Below are positions 1 to 12,133 of a stretch of 64,000 nucleotides of DNA, piece after piece; the stretch's first letter is position 1, and each line of letters starts with the position of its first letter. The DNA lies in assembly GCA_028534125.1 (NCBI GenBank), contig CM052817.1, forward strand, positions 16,060,001-16,124,000. Reading direction: 5' to 3'. The translations under genes and the position numbers were made by a program. The notes beneath the pieces are model-generated. The model made no database searches and was not told the DNA's origin. It was given only the letters and a program-made list of their open reading frames with translations. Source of the stretch: Lama glama. Its lineage: Eukaryota.

Positions 1-619
1 AAAGAATGGGCAAGCCAGCCCTCTTTTTTCACTGTTTTGTATAATGACTGTGTTACTGAAGCCTTCATCTTATCCTCATGAACATTCTCTAGACATATTT
101 GATTCAAAGACATGTTCACTGCACTGATGTTTCTAATCTTCAGTAGCTCATACATTATACACACAGCAGCTAGTAAATATATTTAAAAAAATATTTTTGA
201 CACACATAAATTCACACTGCATGATACTTCATGAAAGAAACATCCAAACACCTAACTTGCTAGTAGACCATTAATAAAAATGTTGTGGAAACTGCTTCCA
301 AAGGATGGCAATTAGCTACGATGATTAGACAAAACATGGTTTCACATTAAATTAAATTGATATTTAAATGTAATTTTTTAGCTCTGTGGTGCCAAGGTAC
401 TACATAATTCCATTACTCCTACTATTTGTAACAGTAATAGTAACAACCACAATAACTCAACCAAATTTTCCAAGATTATGATTTGCAATGCCCCAAAGAA
501 GTTAATTGCGTACTCGGAAAGTGGGTTAACTTTTTCAAGCCACTTGAGATCGTTTAATGACAGCTTTTGGAAAAGTTGACTGCTTTCCAAAATGCCTCCC
601 AGTGGAGAGAGTTCATTCA

Positions 620-800
620 TATGTATACATATATGAATACTATATATATTCATATATACATATATATGAAAAGTATATATGAATATATATTACATATACA
701 TATATAGTACATGTTATATATTGACATTAAATATACATCTATTGATATTATATACATATGTATGAATATTATATATACATATGTAATACATATGTATCAC
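620..800. repeat. Degenerate (TA)n/(TATG)n low-complexity tract
   Basis: atgtatacatatatgaatactatatatattcatatatacatatatatg... read directly. Confidence 0.9.
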
Positions 801-1102
801 AAATATCATAGATCTGAAAAAGTGTATTAATTTACACTTAGCTAGATTAACTCTGCCCAAATACTTTTCCTCTATTTCTAAAACGAGCTGAAATGTCAAC
901 TCATTATAAGGAAGACTATTAGCAATTCAAATATGAAGTTATTCATTACTTTAGACAAAATAAACAAACAAAACAATAAAAACCTTTAAAGATAATGGTG
1001 AGCTTTCTCTGAGGACTTTGAAAGATCAGAAAAGTCAGTAATTTCTTCATGGGCAGAGTATATCTGCTCTGTGTGGCCTAAGTTGAACTAAAATCTCTGA
1101 CT

Positions 1103-1436
1103 AAGGGAGACCCAATTCCAAAGTGTTCCCTGTCCACCAGGGGCTACAAGCAATTCCAGCAGAAACAGCGTAAGGCAACAGAGAAGGGGAGGGACTGTGG
1201 CGGACGGAAGAGGGCCTGCCCTGTTTAAAGCAGTTGCAACTTCATAGATCCAGGCAAATACTGCCATGGAGGAAATGTGGACCCAGAATTTATACATCTT
1301 TCCACTTCTTTGGGAGGCCCAAAATCTGAGTTTTTTTATTTTTGGAAATTTCATGATTTTTTAAAACACAATGTGCACCCAACAAAATATGGCCACAGGC
1401 TGGATTTGACCTGTAAGCCTTCAGGTTGACCCTCTG
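1103..1436. mobile_element. MER102-like hAT-Charlie DNA transposon fossil
   Basis: gggactgtggcgga...ctgccatggaggaaatgtggacccag...ggctggatttgacctgtaagccttcaggttgaccctctg resembles the recalled MER102 consensus and its terminus. Confidence 0.65.
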
Positions 1437-2089
1437 CCCTAAGTGGTTTCTGACTTCAAGTCTAGGTTAGCAGGTAGGCCATTTATAGACATACCCCTGG
1501 AAGCTATTTATGTCATTATGTCTTGGAAATGTAGCCAGGCACAGGGCTATCTGCTTCCAAGGGGGAGAAAAAAAGAGACCACATCAGTACCATGACCATT
1601 CATCCCTGTTAATGTGGCTGATGGTTTCTGTTTCTTCTCTAGGTTTTTGCTGTACTGATCCTGCCTTGGATGCATCCCTTGGAGTCATCGGCAACATAAT
1701 TCCAATAGCAATCTCATCAAAACCAGCCACCCAATTCATCCACAAGTTCAGGCACACTCATTACCAAGACCCCTCTCTTGCCCCATCACCGCCCCTTTCT
1801 TAACCAGAGACCACTCACCCAGACGTGTGTCACTGGCGGCCACAGGAAGCTGGGGCAAGAGGAGCTGTCAAAAATAACTCCTGAGAGAATCACAGACATT
1901 TTTTTCCAATGAGAAAGTTGCAGAAAGGGCCATTATGTTTAATATGGGTGTTAATAATATATAAAATGCTCAAATCCCATCTTATTTCAGAAAGCTTTTC
2001 TTGTTCTCCCACTTCTGAATCCCCAGGCCAATTCCTATTTTCTACCTTGAGTTACAGTTACTTAAGCATGTGTTTAATTTCCAAAATAC

Positions 2090-2230
2090 AGCAGGGTTCC
2101 TTTTAGAGCAGAATCCATCTCTGGCTTAGTCCTCTGTCCCACAAAGCAGTTAATACGTACCTAGTACGTAGTAGCTATTCCTCAAATATTTGGTAGGTCA
2201 TTAGGTGGGCAGATGGATGGATGAATGGAA
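2090..2230 (+). mobile_element. L2 3' end fragment
   Basis: cctagtacgtagtagctattcctcaaatatttg...gatggatggatgaatg resembles the L2 terminus. Confidence 0.55.
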
Positions 2231-2374
2231 GGAAAGAGGAAGGATAGATGAGAAAATCTCTGCCGTGGCCTTGGAGCAAGATCACAAATGTCACTTGTAG
2301 AAATATTTACTGAGCAAAACCAACAGACAAAAATCTTATAAATTGTTTTGTGGCTAAAAAAGGCAGATAACAAA

Positions 2375-2916
2375 TACTGGGTATTCATTATCCAATAGCC
2401 ATATCCCCACTTTTTCCTTGTTGAGAGTACCCTTTGTCTTAGGGGGCAGGGATCCCTTCCATGCCATAGTCCAACCCTAGTAATTTTATGGCTCATCAAT
2501 CATTTGTTTGGGGGAAGAGAGGGACAAGTGGACCAGTTCTGATCAATTAAACTTAAGAACCCTGCAGAGTTTGAGGGAGAGATTCCTCTCTATGGGAAAA
2601 AGAAAAAGATACAATTTATAAGACTTTTGCCACTGCCCTTCCCTTTCTGCTTGCAACACAGCATAAGGATGTGATACTTGGAGTTGTGGCAGCTATCTTG
2701 AGACCATGTGGCAATAGGCACAGGGAGACAAAGCTGAGAACATCAGGGAAGAGGGATGGAAAGAACCTGGATTCTTAATAACACTGCTGAGCTAATAAAC
2801 AAAACTGAGACCACCTAGCTCTCCTGTAAAGTAAATAATTGATGTACTTAATATCGTACACAACTATTAGTTGGGTTTTCTGAATCTTAACAGTGGAAAT
2901 TTTCCTAACTGATACA
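2375..2916 (+). mobile_element. ERVL-MaLR solo LTR (MLT1J/K-like)
   Basis: ggatgtgatacttggagttgtggcagctatcttgagaccatg, gatggaaagaacctggattctt and the terminus cctaactgataca. Confidence 0.8.
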
Positions 2917-4804
2917 GCCTTTCACTCAAAGACAGATGACTATAAACAACCACAGCCAGGATGATAATGGAGGAGAGAAATTAGTGGCTGGGTCTGAATG
3001 ACTTCCACTACCCCCACCCTACAGCAAGGTGAAGTCTTGGGGGAAAAAGCACAATTTTAACTGCAGTCAATCAGCCCCTCCATGCTCCATCTCATCAGGC
3101 AACCACACGCTCCAAATGAGTTTCATTCCTGAGACTGACAACTCAGGGACTCATTCCTTTGTTCCCATTTGCCTCAAATCACAGTCCTCCTGCATCCCTC
3201 CTGGACAATATTTACGCAGGCTTGAATAGATGGCTCACATTAGAACAAACGGAACTTCCTAAATTGGACAATTTGTGACTCTGCACCTCAAGTTTCACTC
3301 ATCCCTGATTTGAAATGCACTAAAAGCACATTATTACTGTTTAAGATGCAAACTACTGCCCTGAAAAATACCGCTTTTTACCTGAGGTGAAACCAGTTAT
3401 AAATTAATGGCTGGGCGAGGGTGAGGTTCGTGGGAAAATAGAAATTCCTTAGAACCATGGGTAGGCCATTCTGCTAATATGATGAGGCTATCCTTGCTAG
3501 CGGATTAATTACTCTTTTCCTCTAACTTAATTTATTTCATACTTTAAGAAACCAAAATGTCCAGTAGCCACTATGCTTGTGACAAAGAAACACAATAAAA
3601 GCAATTTCTCCAGTACAAAAAATAAAGCGTTCCCGGTAATGCATTTTTGTATCCAGCATACCTTCCCCTAATGAGGTTTCAGCATGCTATAAATAACGCT
3701 AATGAGACTTTGTCTTGCCCATGTAATATATTTCCTTGATATAGCCTTAGATTCTCCGTGTTGCATGGAAAACTAACAGCCTCAGAAAGAAATGTCGTCC
3801 AATAGCACATTAAAACCAAAAGCACAATTAAATATAAATGAATTCAGTAATTTAATTGCACAATTGTCGCTTTAAAAAATTCAGGAGAAAAGTAATGATG
3901 TCATTTTTTTAAATCGGTAAATAATAAAAGTGCTTGTGGGGATGGTACAATATTTAAATAAACATTTTTTCTGGTAAAGGGTAGGTAGCTAAGACAGTCA
4001 CACATGCTTAGGAAAATCCTGTGCCTTGCAAAAAAACAAAAATGGAGTATCTTGACAGATATAATTCTGCCCATGTGATTTGTGGAGACAAACATCTCAG
4101 TTTCAATCTTTTTTGCAAGTGTATCCCATATTTGGAGGGCCTTCTGGTTCTGAACAATAGCAACCAGGATTCATATTATTTCAGTGAAAATAGAACGCCA
4201 AGTGCTAGTGTACCGAAGAGGCTCTTTAACCAGCTCCCGGTGAAATTAGAACCCTGAGCTACCAGAAGCGCGATCGTTTTCATACACCAACGACGGAGAA
4301 CTTTCATGCTGACCAAGTATTAGGAAATCATTAAGGGCTATTCTTGAGTTTCCTTTTATCCAAAGACTGACCCAACACATCCTCCCTTTGATTGTCCTCC
4401 CTGGTAAGATCAGAGACATGAAACTCTGTCGACAGGAAGATCTAAGGGAAGGCTTAGGGCTTCACTTTGCATTGATTTTTATTCAATTCCAATCAAGAAC
4501 ATATCCAAGAAATTGACCAACTCGATTCCAGCATTATGATAAGCACAGGGCTGGGGGAAGAGGTTTTTTAATTTTAAGTTAGCTATTATCTTGCATTCCA
4601 GTTACCAGAACCGACACAAGCAGATGAGAGAAAAGTCTTTGGGCAGCCACCTGGGCGCGTCTTCTGATGGAGCACCTGGGTGCGTCCAAATGTCCTACAC
4701 AGATCTCGTGTTGTCATTGTATTTGTGCTTGATATTTACATTAATTTGTATATATGATATCTGTTTACTTTATCACAAATAATTCCTCAACAAGTAACTA
4801 ATTT

Positions 4805-5220
4805 AGTCATTTGCTCCTTTCTTCTTTCAACAAATATTTATCAAGTGCCCTCTGCTCCAGGCACAGTTCTCAACACTGGAATTAGTCATTAACAAGATAG
4901 TCACGTCCCTGCTTTCAGGAGCTGACACTAGAGCATTTGGGATCACAGATGATCAACAAGTAAGCAAAAGATCGTTTCTAAAAGCAGTAGGTCTAGTAAG
5001 AATCGAATAAACAAAAATATGAAGGAAAATAATGCAATAAAAACTCAAGAGTAGAGGACGGCCACTTTAGTCATGTGGTCAAGGAAGATTTTTCTGGTAG
5101 CTGATGTGTGAGTCTGATGAGGGACAGCCAGGCCATGCCAAGATCTGGGAAGGGCACTCCCGGCAGAGGGAACAGCCCAGGCAAAAGTTCAGAGGAGTGA
5201 AAAACTCAGCAGGTCCAGAA
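4805..5220 (-). mobile_element. L2 LINE fragment
   Basis: ttcaacaaatatttatcaagtgccctctgctccaggcacagttct...ggcagagggaacagcccaggcaaaag is the antisense L2 3' region. Confidence 0.8.
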
Positions 5221-5664
5221 ATGTGATGAGACAGGCAAGTCGAGTATGATGGTTCCAATTTTACAAGGGATGAAGCTACAGCCCAGAAAGGATTTTGTGA
5301 AACTCACTGGAGTCTCCAACTCAGACCTCAGACTCCTTTCCCACCTCTTCCCTACGCCACAGCCCCGCACTCTTCAGATTAAACGATTCCGTCTCCTGCT
5401 TTGGTACAGAGCTCCGAGTGGCCCTTGGGAAGCCCAGCCTTAGAACTGTACTGAATTTCCCACTGGGCTCTCCGCTGGTCTTTACAAATTAAAACAAATA
5501 AGTAACTACACAGTAAAGTTGATAAATTGTCATCAGAAAGAAATCGTTCTAGATCCTGAAAGGATGGCGTCTGTACTGAGCAGGGGAATTACCAGAAAGC
5601 TTTTTGGAACCATAAGGTAGTAACATCCCCGTCAGTAGAGAGCTTTATACTTTTCCAAGACCAA

Positions 5665-5860
5665 ATGGCCTGGATTTGAGTTCTGCCAATGCCTTCTCCA
5701 GCTGCGTGGCCTTGGGCTCATTCTGTGCTGCAGTTTCCTCTTTGGTAAAACAGAACGAAGAGTCAAACCAACGCTGCCAGGTTGCTGTGAGCATTAAGTG
5801 AGGGAATGCATGCGAGGTGCCAGCTAGGACAGGGCCAAATGTGGACTAATGTCCTTGGAT
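5665..5860 (+). mobile_element. MIR SINE
   Basis: cctggatttgagttctg...gctgcgtggccttggg...cagtttcctctttggtaaaa...gttgctgtgagcattaagtgag (MIR core). Confidence 0.75.
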
Positions 5861-6299
5861 GTTTTGTTGTTTATCAACGTTCTTTCTCTAGGAGCAAGTC
5901 CACCAAGATGAACAACAGCAACCCCTCCCCACCAAAAAAAAAAACCTTTTACCCTTTTTACTTTAACTTGTAAAGGGCCTTTTGGAAGACAGCTATTACA
6001 GGTTTAGCATTTGAGGTTGTCTCGTCTCTTTGGCCTGGAAGCACCTAGTGCGCAGAGAATGCGTCTTTTTAATTAACTTTCAACGACTCCTGGCATGCAA
6101 CGGTACTGCAAAAGGAGTCCGGTGGCTCCCTGAAAAGGACACCACCCCCTCTATAAATATCTGCCACTTGGTATGAGGATAAAATGAGATAAAAGATAAG
6201 AGCACGCAGTGGAACTAAAGTCCCTGTAGGAACAAGACCTAATTGCTATTAATAATAAATAGGCATAATAAGGAAGATCAATACGTATTGGCTGAATTA

Positions 6300-6720
6300 G
6301 CCTCACATCCGCTGCCGTTCTGGAACAGTAACCTAAAAGTTCTCAGCACTTCTTATGGCGTCATCACAAAAGTCCCCGCTCTGTGACACAGGTCGGACCT
6401 CGCGTCGAATCCCCACACCTCCCAGCACAATCTCTTTTTATGCGTCCTCTGGAATCTCTCACCGCGCGAGCAACAGCTGTGTTAGACCGACCCATCATTC
6501 ATCTCGGCGCCCCTCGCCGTAACTCAAAAAGCCTGTGATCACTTGGAAACCACCTCTGATGGGAGGAGGCGGCGCGGCAGACGGAATTTACAACAAAGCC
6601 CTGCCTGCAGAAATCTTCCTGTCACCTGCAGGCCACATAAACCATTAGCATCCCAGCCATGGCGCGCGGTCAATGAGCTACACAGGCATTTCAAAACCAA
6701 GCACTTTGCCGCTATTTATG
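6300..6720. promoter_or_regulatory. Small CpG-enriched island (candidate enhancer or alternative promoter)
   Basis: About 25 CpGs in about 420 bp by manual count (cgcgtcg, ccgcgcg, gcggcgcgg, gcgcgcgg) against a CpG-depleted background; no repeat recognised. Confidence 0.55.
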
Positions 6721-8784
6721 GGCCAAGTCAGGGATCCCAGCAGCTCTCTGATTCTCTTGTCGTCCTGCCAGGAGAGAAGCTACAAAGAACAGCTGCGTTA
6801 CCCACCCTCCTACAGTTTGAACGTTTGAAGAAAATTAAAAAGAAAAAAATCCCCAAACGTTAAAAGGTGCTTCTCCCCGACGTTGGCTTCTCCTTGTGGC
6901 GTTTTTCTGGCCCTGCAAACACTTTTAGCTCCACTGCCGGCCACTGCCTTCTGCTAAAGAGGAAACTGACAACCGAATATCATTTCTATCTAATTGCCCT
7001 ACGCAGAGCTCTCACCAAAGGCAAGCCACAGTGGAATATTATTATTTTTAGAACACTCCCCGGTTTTATCATTTTAGCAACCACGTGATCTCTTAGAACC
7101 ACAATGGTCCTAAATGAACCATTTTACCCCATTCCCAGAAACAGATAAATATAGACACACACACACATATATATTTTTTAAATAAGCCTTTTACCCTTAA
7201 ACAAGCTGATAAAAATACACTCAAAAGCCATACCCACATCTATTTATAAGTACCGCATATACACATGGGATGTTTAAAGTGTTGATTGGTCCTCCATAAT
7301 AGTTTTTTTCATTTTTGCATAGAAAATTAAGTAAAGGTCAACACAATGAAACATTTCTAAGTCAGTCCTGTTTATTAGGAAGTTCAGGATAATAGGCTCC
7401 AACCTGGGGGGGAAAAAATGTCAATGCAATCTAAAAATAACAAAAGGTGCATGACAAATTTGTCCTCATTTTGTTCTTAATAGAAGGTATTTCTAGTGCA
7501 TCGGTGAGAATGACCTAGCAGACGCATCACCTTGTACAGTCAATTTATTCCTTTATCAGGCAGTCATTGGGGAGGGATTTTGTTTTGCATTGTCTCAACA
7601 TAAAATGGAATGCCAAGCCTGCTTTCCCTGACGCCATGAGGGAGGCTCTTTGTCATAAAACCTTTCTAAAAGACAATTGATCAAAACCAAGAAGATGAGA
7701 CACGGATGTGTTCCTCCTGCCGCCCCCAAGCGCGGCCCCCACCACTGCCCCCACCGCTGGATAACAGAACCTCTCAATCCAAGAGCTAAGAGTCAGGTCC
7801 AAAGTAGGACCCTTTTTGGCTCTCAATGCCACGTCTTCACCAGAAACACTCAGAATGTTTACCCCCAATTAACTGTTGCACGAAACCTGAAAGCCCTGGG
7901 TTGAGAAGAAAAGAATGTGCCCTGTCAATTTTTTCATCTGTAAAACTAAAGGGAGGAAAGATACAGGGGCTGCCCTGTGGCCACTGAAGAAACTGTCAGG
8001 GAATCAAAGGGATATGTAGGAGGGACCCACAACGACCACCTCTTCATTTGCACTTCATTATTTTAACAAGCCTGAGGAAAGGCTGAAGACTGGCCCAACT
8101 TTATAACATACACACTTGGCCAAAAGCAAGCAAGCAAGCAAGCAACCGAGAGAAAGGAAAAGATTGATTATAAATAGCAACTGGAATTTTTGGAGGACTT
8201 TAATTTGGGTAATAGGGTGCATGTTTTCACAGGGAGAGAAAGAAAGGAAAAAATGGATGATTTTACCCATTTTTATGTATCTAGAACCAGTTCAGGAGAT
8301 GTGAATCCTGCCTGAGCCATCTCTGGCCCCTCCCCCTTCACTCACTCTTGAATACATCCAAAATCATTCTTACACTTGTGAAAGGGCCCTGAACTTCCTC
8401 CATCGGAAACATATTCCTTGAATCTTAAACACTTTCCTGGTCCTAAGAGTCCCCTTCTTAGGTTACAAGAATACCCGGGACGGATGCCACTGTAAGAGGC
8501 CTGAGAGCCATGTAAGTACCGGAGGAAGGCAGCTGAGAGTAGGAGAGGGGAAAAAAATCTCACAGGCACAGAAGACCTGCTATGCACCAGAAACATTGCC
8601 TCATTTCATCTTTGCAAGAAACTCTTCTGAAGTAGACATTTAACACTACCATCTGGTCCCCCCCAACCAGGCTGGCCAGCAGGGATGTAGGTAGGGGTAG
8701 CTCAGAGACAGCAGAGTCACTTCACAGACCCTGGCAGACGCAACAGAATGACATTCATAACCAAGACATAAGGATTTCTGATTC

Positions 8785-8960
8785 CTGTCCATTAAGTGCA
8801 ATCTCTCATTTAATCTCACAAGAATTTTGAGATAAGCATTGTTCCCATTTTAAAGATGAGAAAATCAAGACCGAGAGCATATGTAACTTGCTCAAGGACT
8901 TCTAGCTTTTAAATGGCAAAGCCAGGATTCTAACCGGGTCTGTTAGACTCGTCTGCTTTT
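8785..8960 (-). mobile_element. MIR SINE
   Basis: tctcatttaatctcacaag...cccattttaaagatgagaaaatcaaga...taacttgctcaagg...gccaggattctaacc. Confidence 0.8.
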
Positions 8961-8989
8961 CTTTCTCCAGCAGTAACAAGCATGAAATA

Positions 8990-9115
8990 ATTCAGGTTGC
9001 TGGCTGTCATTTCGGCAAGCTGCCTAACCTCTCTGGTCCTCAGTTTCCTTACCTCAGTTTTTTAAAACAGAGGTAGTAATTGCTGCCAGTCAGAGTTACT
9101 GTGAGGATTCAGGGT
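8990..9115 (+). mobile_element. MIR SINE fragment
   Basis: ggcaagctgcctaacctctctggtcctcagtttcct...gttactgtgaggatt. Confidence 0.7.
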
Positions 9116-10357
9116 TCCACATCTGGGCCCTCCCGTGTGCTGCGTCAGAGCCCAAGCCCCTGGGTGGCTGACGCTCACTGTCACGGGACAATGGTCGGCC
9201 CCTGCAGAGAGCCAGCTTTGGCGAAGAAAAGGCCAGTGAGAAAGAACACGGGCTTCTGGCTATTGGAATGAAATCTTCTTTCTCCATCCCTGTGTTTCAA
9301 ACAAGTTAGAATACCAACTAACTCCCCCCTCAGGAACCTCTGAGCCTGATTGTGAGTCTCAAGGGTCACACCCACCGGAGTTCACCTCCAGTCGCTCCCT
9401 GCTCCTTCTCCTGATTATAATAGCTGCTTCAACACAACTGCTAGCAACCAGGAAGACATCACTAAGGACTCAGACAGCTGCCACTGAATGAGACCAGCCG
9501 ATCAAGCCAGGGACCCCATGGGCACCACCGCAGGCACAGGAGCCATCCCTGGCAGGCCTGGGCACCCCTGATCTGCCCCCTACTCTTTCCGGACAACTCA
9601 CAGGGTGACCAGAGGCGAGGAATACAGAGAAAACCACAAGCCTCATCCACAGCTCTGTATTTTAAACAGCATCTCCTCTCTGCAGCCCTACGTGGGAGGG
9701 AAACATATGGTCCTACATTCATTATACTCCTGAGTTTAGGTTTGAAACATCATATTTTCATTACAAATAAGCTTTGATGACACTGCCTATTGCAATAATT
9801 TCAACGCATGGTTAATTTTATCTGCGGCAGTGGTGAGAGTGGCATACCAATTTACCGCCAGAGGAGAACAATCTGATTTTAGCATCTTAACCCTGAACTT
9901 GAGTTCCCTTTGTTCCTGAGAACCTCGTTTTAGCAAGACTCAGGACTCCAAGTGACTGGGCAGAGCACGTCACTGACTGTGACTCAAAGTGAGTGGAAAA
10001 GTTGAGGGGGGAGGAAGTGCACTGAGGAACTTTAATTCTCACGTTGGAGGGGGAGAGGAGGGGAAGGGGATGGCAGGAAGCTTGGGGCCGGTTTGTCATG
10101 TGCTTAGAACTTCAACGAGCGTGTCAAGTCTTCACAATTTGGCTGGTGACCTGGCAAGAGCAGGCCTATTTGTGAGGTTTCTTTCTGCTGCATCTGACTT
10201 TGGGCCAAGCCAGGAAGCAGCAAGAAAGGCCTCACTCATGGAGACCCTCGCTCTGGGCCAGGAAGTTCAGGACAAAACTAAAATGCAGAATAATGTTGCT
10301 GATGGATGGGGTGAAGAGGAAGGTATGCTCACTTCTTAATTCCTCTGTAGGAGCCAG

Positions 10358-10570
10358 AATATATATATATTATATAATTTATAATTTTACATATATAATA
10401 TATATAATGACTATAACATTGATATATAATTACTAACTATATATGATAATTATAATTTTACATATTACATAATTACACACTATATAAAATTATACATTAT
10501 ACTACTATATATTATATTATACACTGTATATGTCATTATATAAAATATATACTCATATATATTATAAATA
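10358..10570. repeat. TA-rich low-complexity tract
   Basis: atatatatattatataatttataattttacatatataata... read directly. Confidence 0.9.
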
Positions 10571-10639
10571 TGTTTTTTCAACCAGATTGCTTCATTCTTA
10601 CTTTTAGCAAGCTTCTCCGCAGCCATTTAGCTACATTTC

Positions 10640-11020
10640 ACTTCCATTCTTCTGTCATTCAACAAACACTTACTGAGGACTTGCTAGGTACCCCAAGGCA
10701 TTGAGAAAAGACAAGAGTACCAAGAATATGGTCCTGTCCCTGAGCAACTTAGAGCTAACCTGGGATGCAGAGTGGAAAGAACCAATTACAGAGATGTGAT
10801 AAGTTGTTCAGATGTACCAAGAATCCTGAAGAGGAAGTAAATGACTCCTCCTAGGGACTCAGAAAGGTCTTCAAAGAGGTGGTTAAATAGAAACTGAATC
10901 CTAAAAAATTAAGAGGAGTGAAGCAGAGTGATGCCACCAGACAGAGCAGCCCTTACAAAGGCCCAGAGGCTAAACACAGCTTAGTGCTGACATTTGAGGA
11001 ACTGCAGGGACAGGAAAATC
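10640..11020 (-). mobile_element. L2 LINE fragment
   Basis: cattcaacaaacacttactgaggacttgctagg...cagcccttacaaaggcccagagg. Confidence 0.75.
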
Positions 11021-11126
11021 CCAGGATAACATGTCGTGCAATAATGTGAATTTGAACATAATTAAGAGTCAGATCCTGCCCTCTGTCCAGACCCAGTTCT
11101 CAAGTGGAGACAGCTGAAGTTCTCTG

Positions 11127-11130
<4 letters not shown>

Positions 11131-11162
<32 letters not shown>
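11131..11162. repeat. (GT)16 microsatellite
   Basis: Perfect dinucleotide run. Confidence 0.97.
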
Positions 11163-11163
<1 letters not shown>

Positions 11164-11609
11164 TTTGTGTCTGCCTGTATATGTGTGCATGCAAACGGCA
11201 TTCACACACATAAAGAGAGGCTGACACTGGACCCCATATGCCAAGTATTCTCCCATCCCAATTTCTCTAGAGAGGGCCAAAGTAATAGCTGACAACCAGC
11301 TAAGATTCCTGGAATCACTGCTGCTATCCTGAAAGTCCCAGCCAACCAGCATGGTTCCCATCAAGAGCTAGTCGGAGTAGACCTCTGCTACCAGGTGGTA
11401 CCAAACTGCAGGTAGGACTGGGGTGGATTTGGATCTTGCAAAAAACTCCCTGAAACCTATGTGCCTCACTGCACTGGCTCTCCTCATCATTTTATCCACC
11501 TCCGAGCCAAAGCCCCTACCCGCCTCAATCTGCACAGTTGACTTTTTGGAACCCACTGATTGCATTATGGAAGGTTTTTTACTGTACTCGGTTCAGTGTG
11601 AATAGCATA

Positions 11610-11745
11610 GGGACTGATGGGAATGGAGTGCAGGCTAGGAGATAAGCAAGGAAACAAAGCCCCGATTATTAAGAGTTGCATATTCCATGCTGAAGAGTTT
11701 GGACATTATCTTGAGGTCCAATAGGGGGCCAGCGAGTGACGATAA
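11610..11745 (-). mobile_element. L2 fragment (continues at about 12150-12270)
   Basis: ccatgctgaagagtttggacattatcttgagg...atagggggcc; resumes atttgcatgttagaaaaatcactcaagcagcagtg. Confidence 0.65.
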
Positions 11746-11749
11746 GCCT

Positions 11750-11985
11750 GGGATTCAAAGGCTATGCACAGATGCAGTTTGGCCCATGCGTGGTTTTCAG
11801 AATCAAGACATTCTGCATAAAGAGGGATCTCTGATTTCCTTAAGAAGCTGGGCTGACTTTCCCATTAGCCAGAAGAGCACCGCTCTTCTCAGATGGGGTA
11901 TGCTCTCCTCATCACCATAAATGCCATCATACCTAACCAGATTCATGCCTTTGGTACACTTGATTCCTGAAGAAACCTGCGTTTG
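11750..11985. mobile_element. MER102-like hAT-Charlie fossil, opposite orientation to the 1103-1436 copy
   Basis: cagatgcagtttggcccatgcgtggtttt...agatggggtatgctctcc...cctgcgtttg. Confidence 0.5.
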
Positions 11986-12021
11986 TTTTAAAAAATAAAG
12001 AAAGAAAAGAAAAAGAAGCAG

Positions 12022-12133
12022 GGGAGGGAATAGCTCAGCGGTAGACTGCATGCTTAGCACACACTAGGTCCTGGGTTCCATCCCCAGTACTTCCATTTAA
12101 AAAAAACCCTAATTACGTCCCCCCCTCCCCACA
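12022..12133 (+). mobile_element. tRNA-Ala-derived camelid SINE (Vic-1-like)
   Basis: gggagggaatagctcagcggtagactgcatgcttagcacacactaggtcctgggttccatccccagtacttcca; 12-bp TSD aaaaagaagcag at 12010-12021 and 12134-12145. Confidence 0.88.

Noticed and set aside
1623..1803. Plus-strand acceptor (tttcttctctag at 1631-1642) leading into an open frame
   Set aside because: No good donor downstream, unrecognisable peptide, and opposite to the inferred host strand
7715..7756. G-quadruplex on the minus strand
   Set aside because: Only three runs of three or more G; does not meet the canonical four-run pattern
9775..9876. C/D-box snoRNA-like TGATGA...CTGA spacing
   Set aside because: Box C lacks the leading purine, there is no terminal stem and no recognisable rRNA guide
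12022..12095. Possible tRNA-Ala(AGC) genes (also at 40351, 59295 and 63032)
   Set aside because: Degenerate cloverleaf stems, extra G-rich 5' leader, A-rich tails and TSDs show these are SINEs, not tRNA genes
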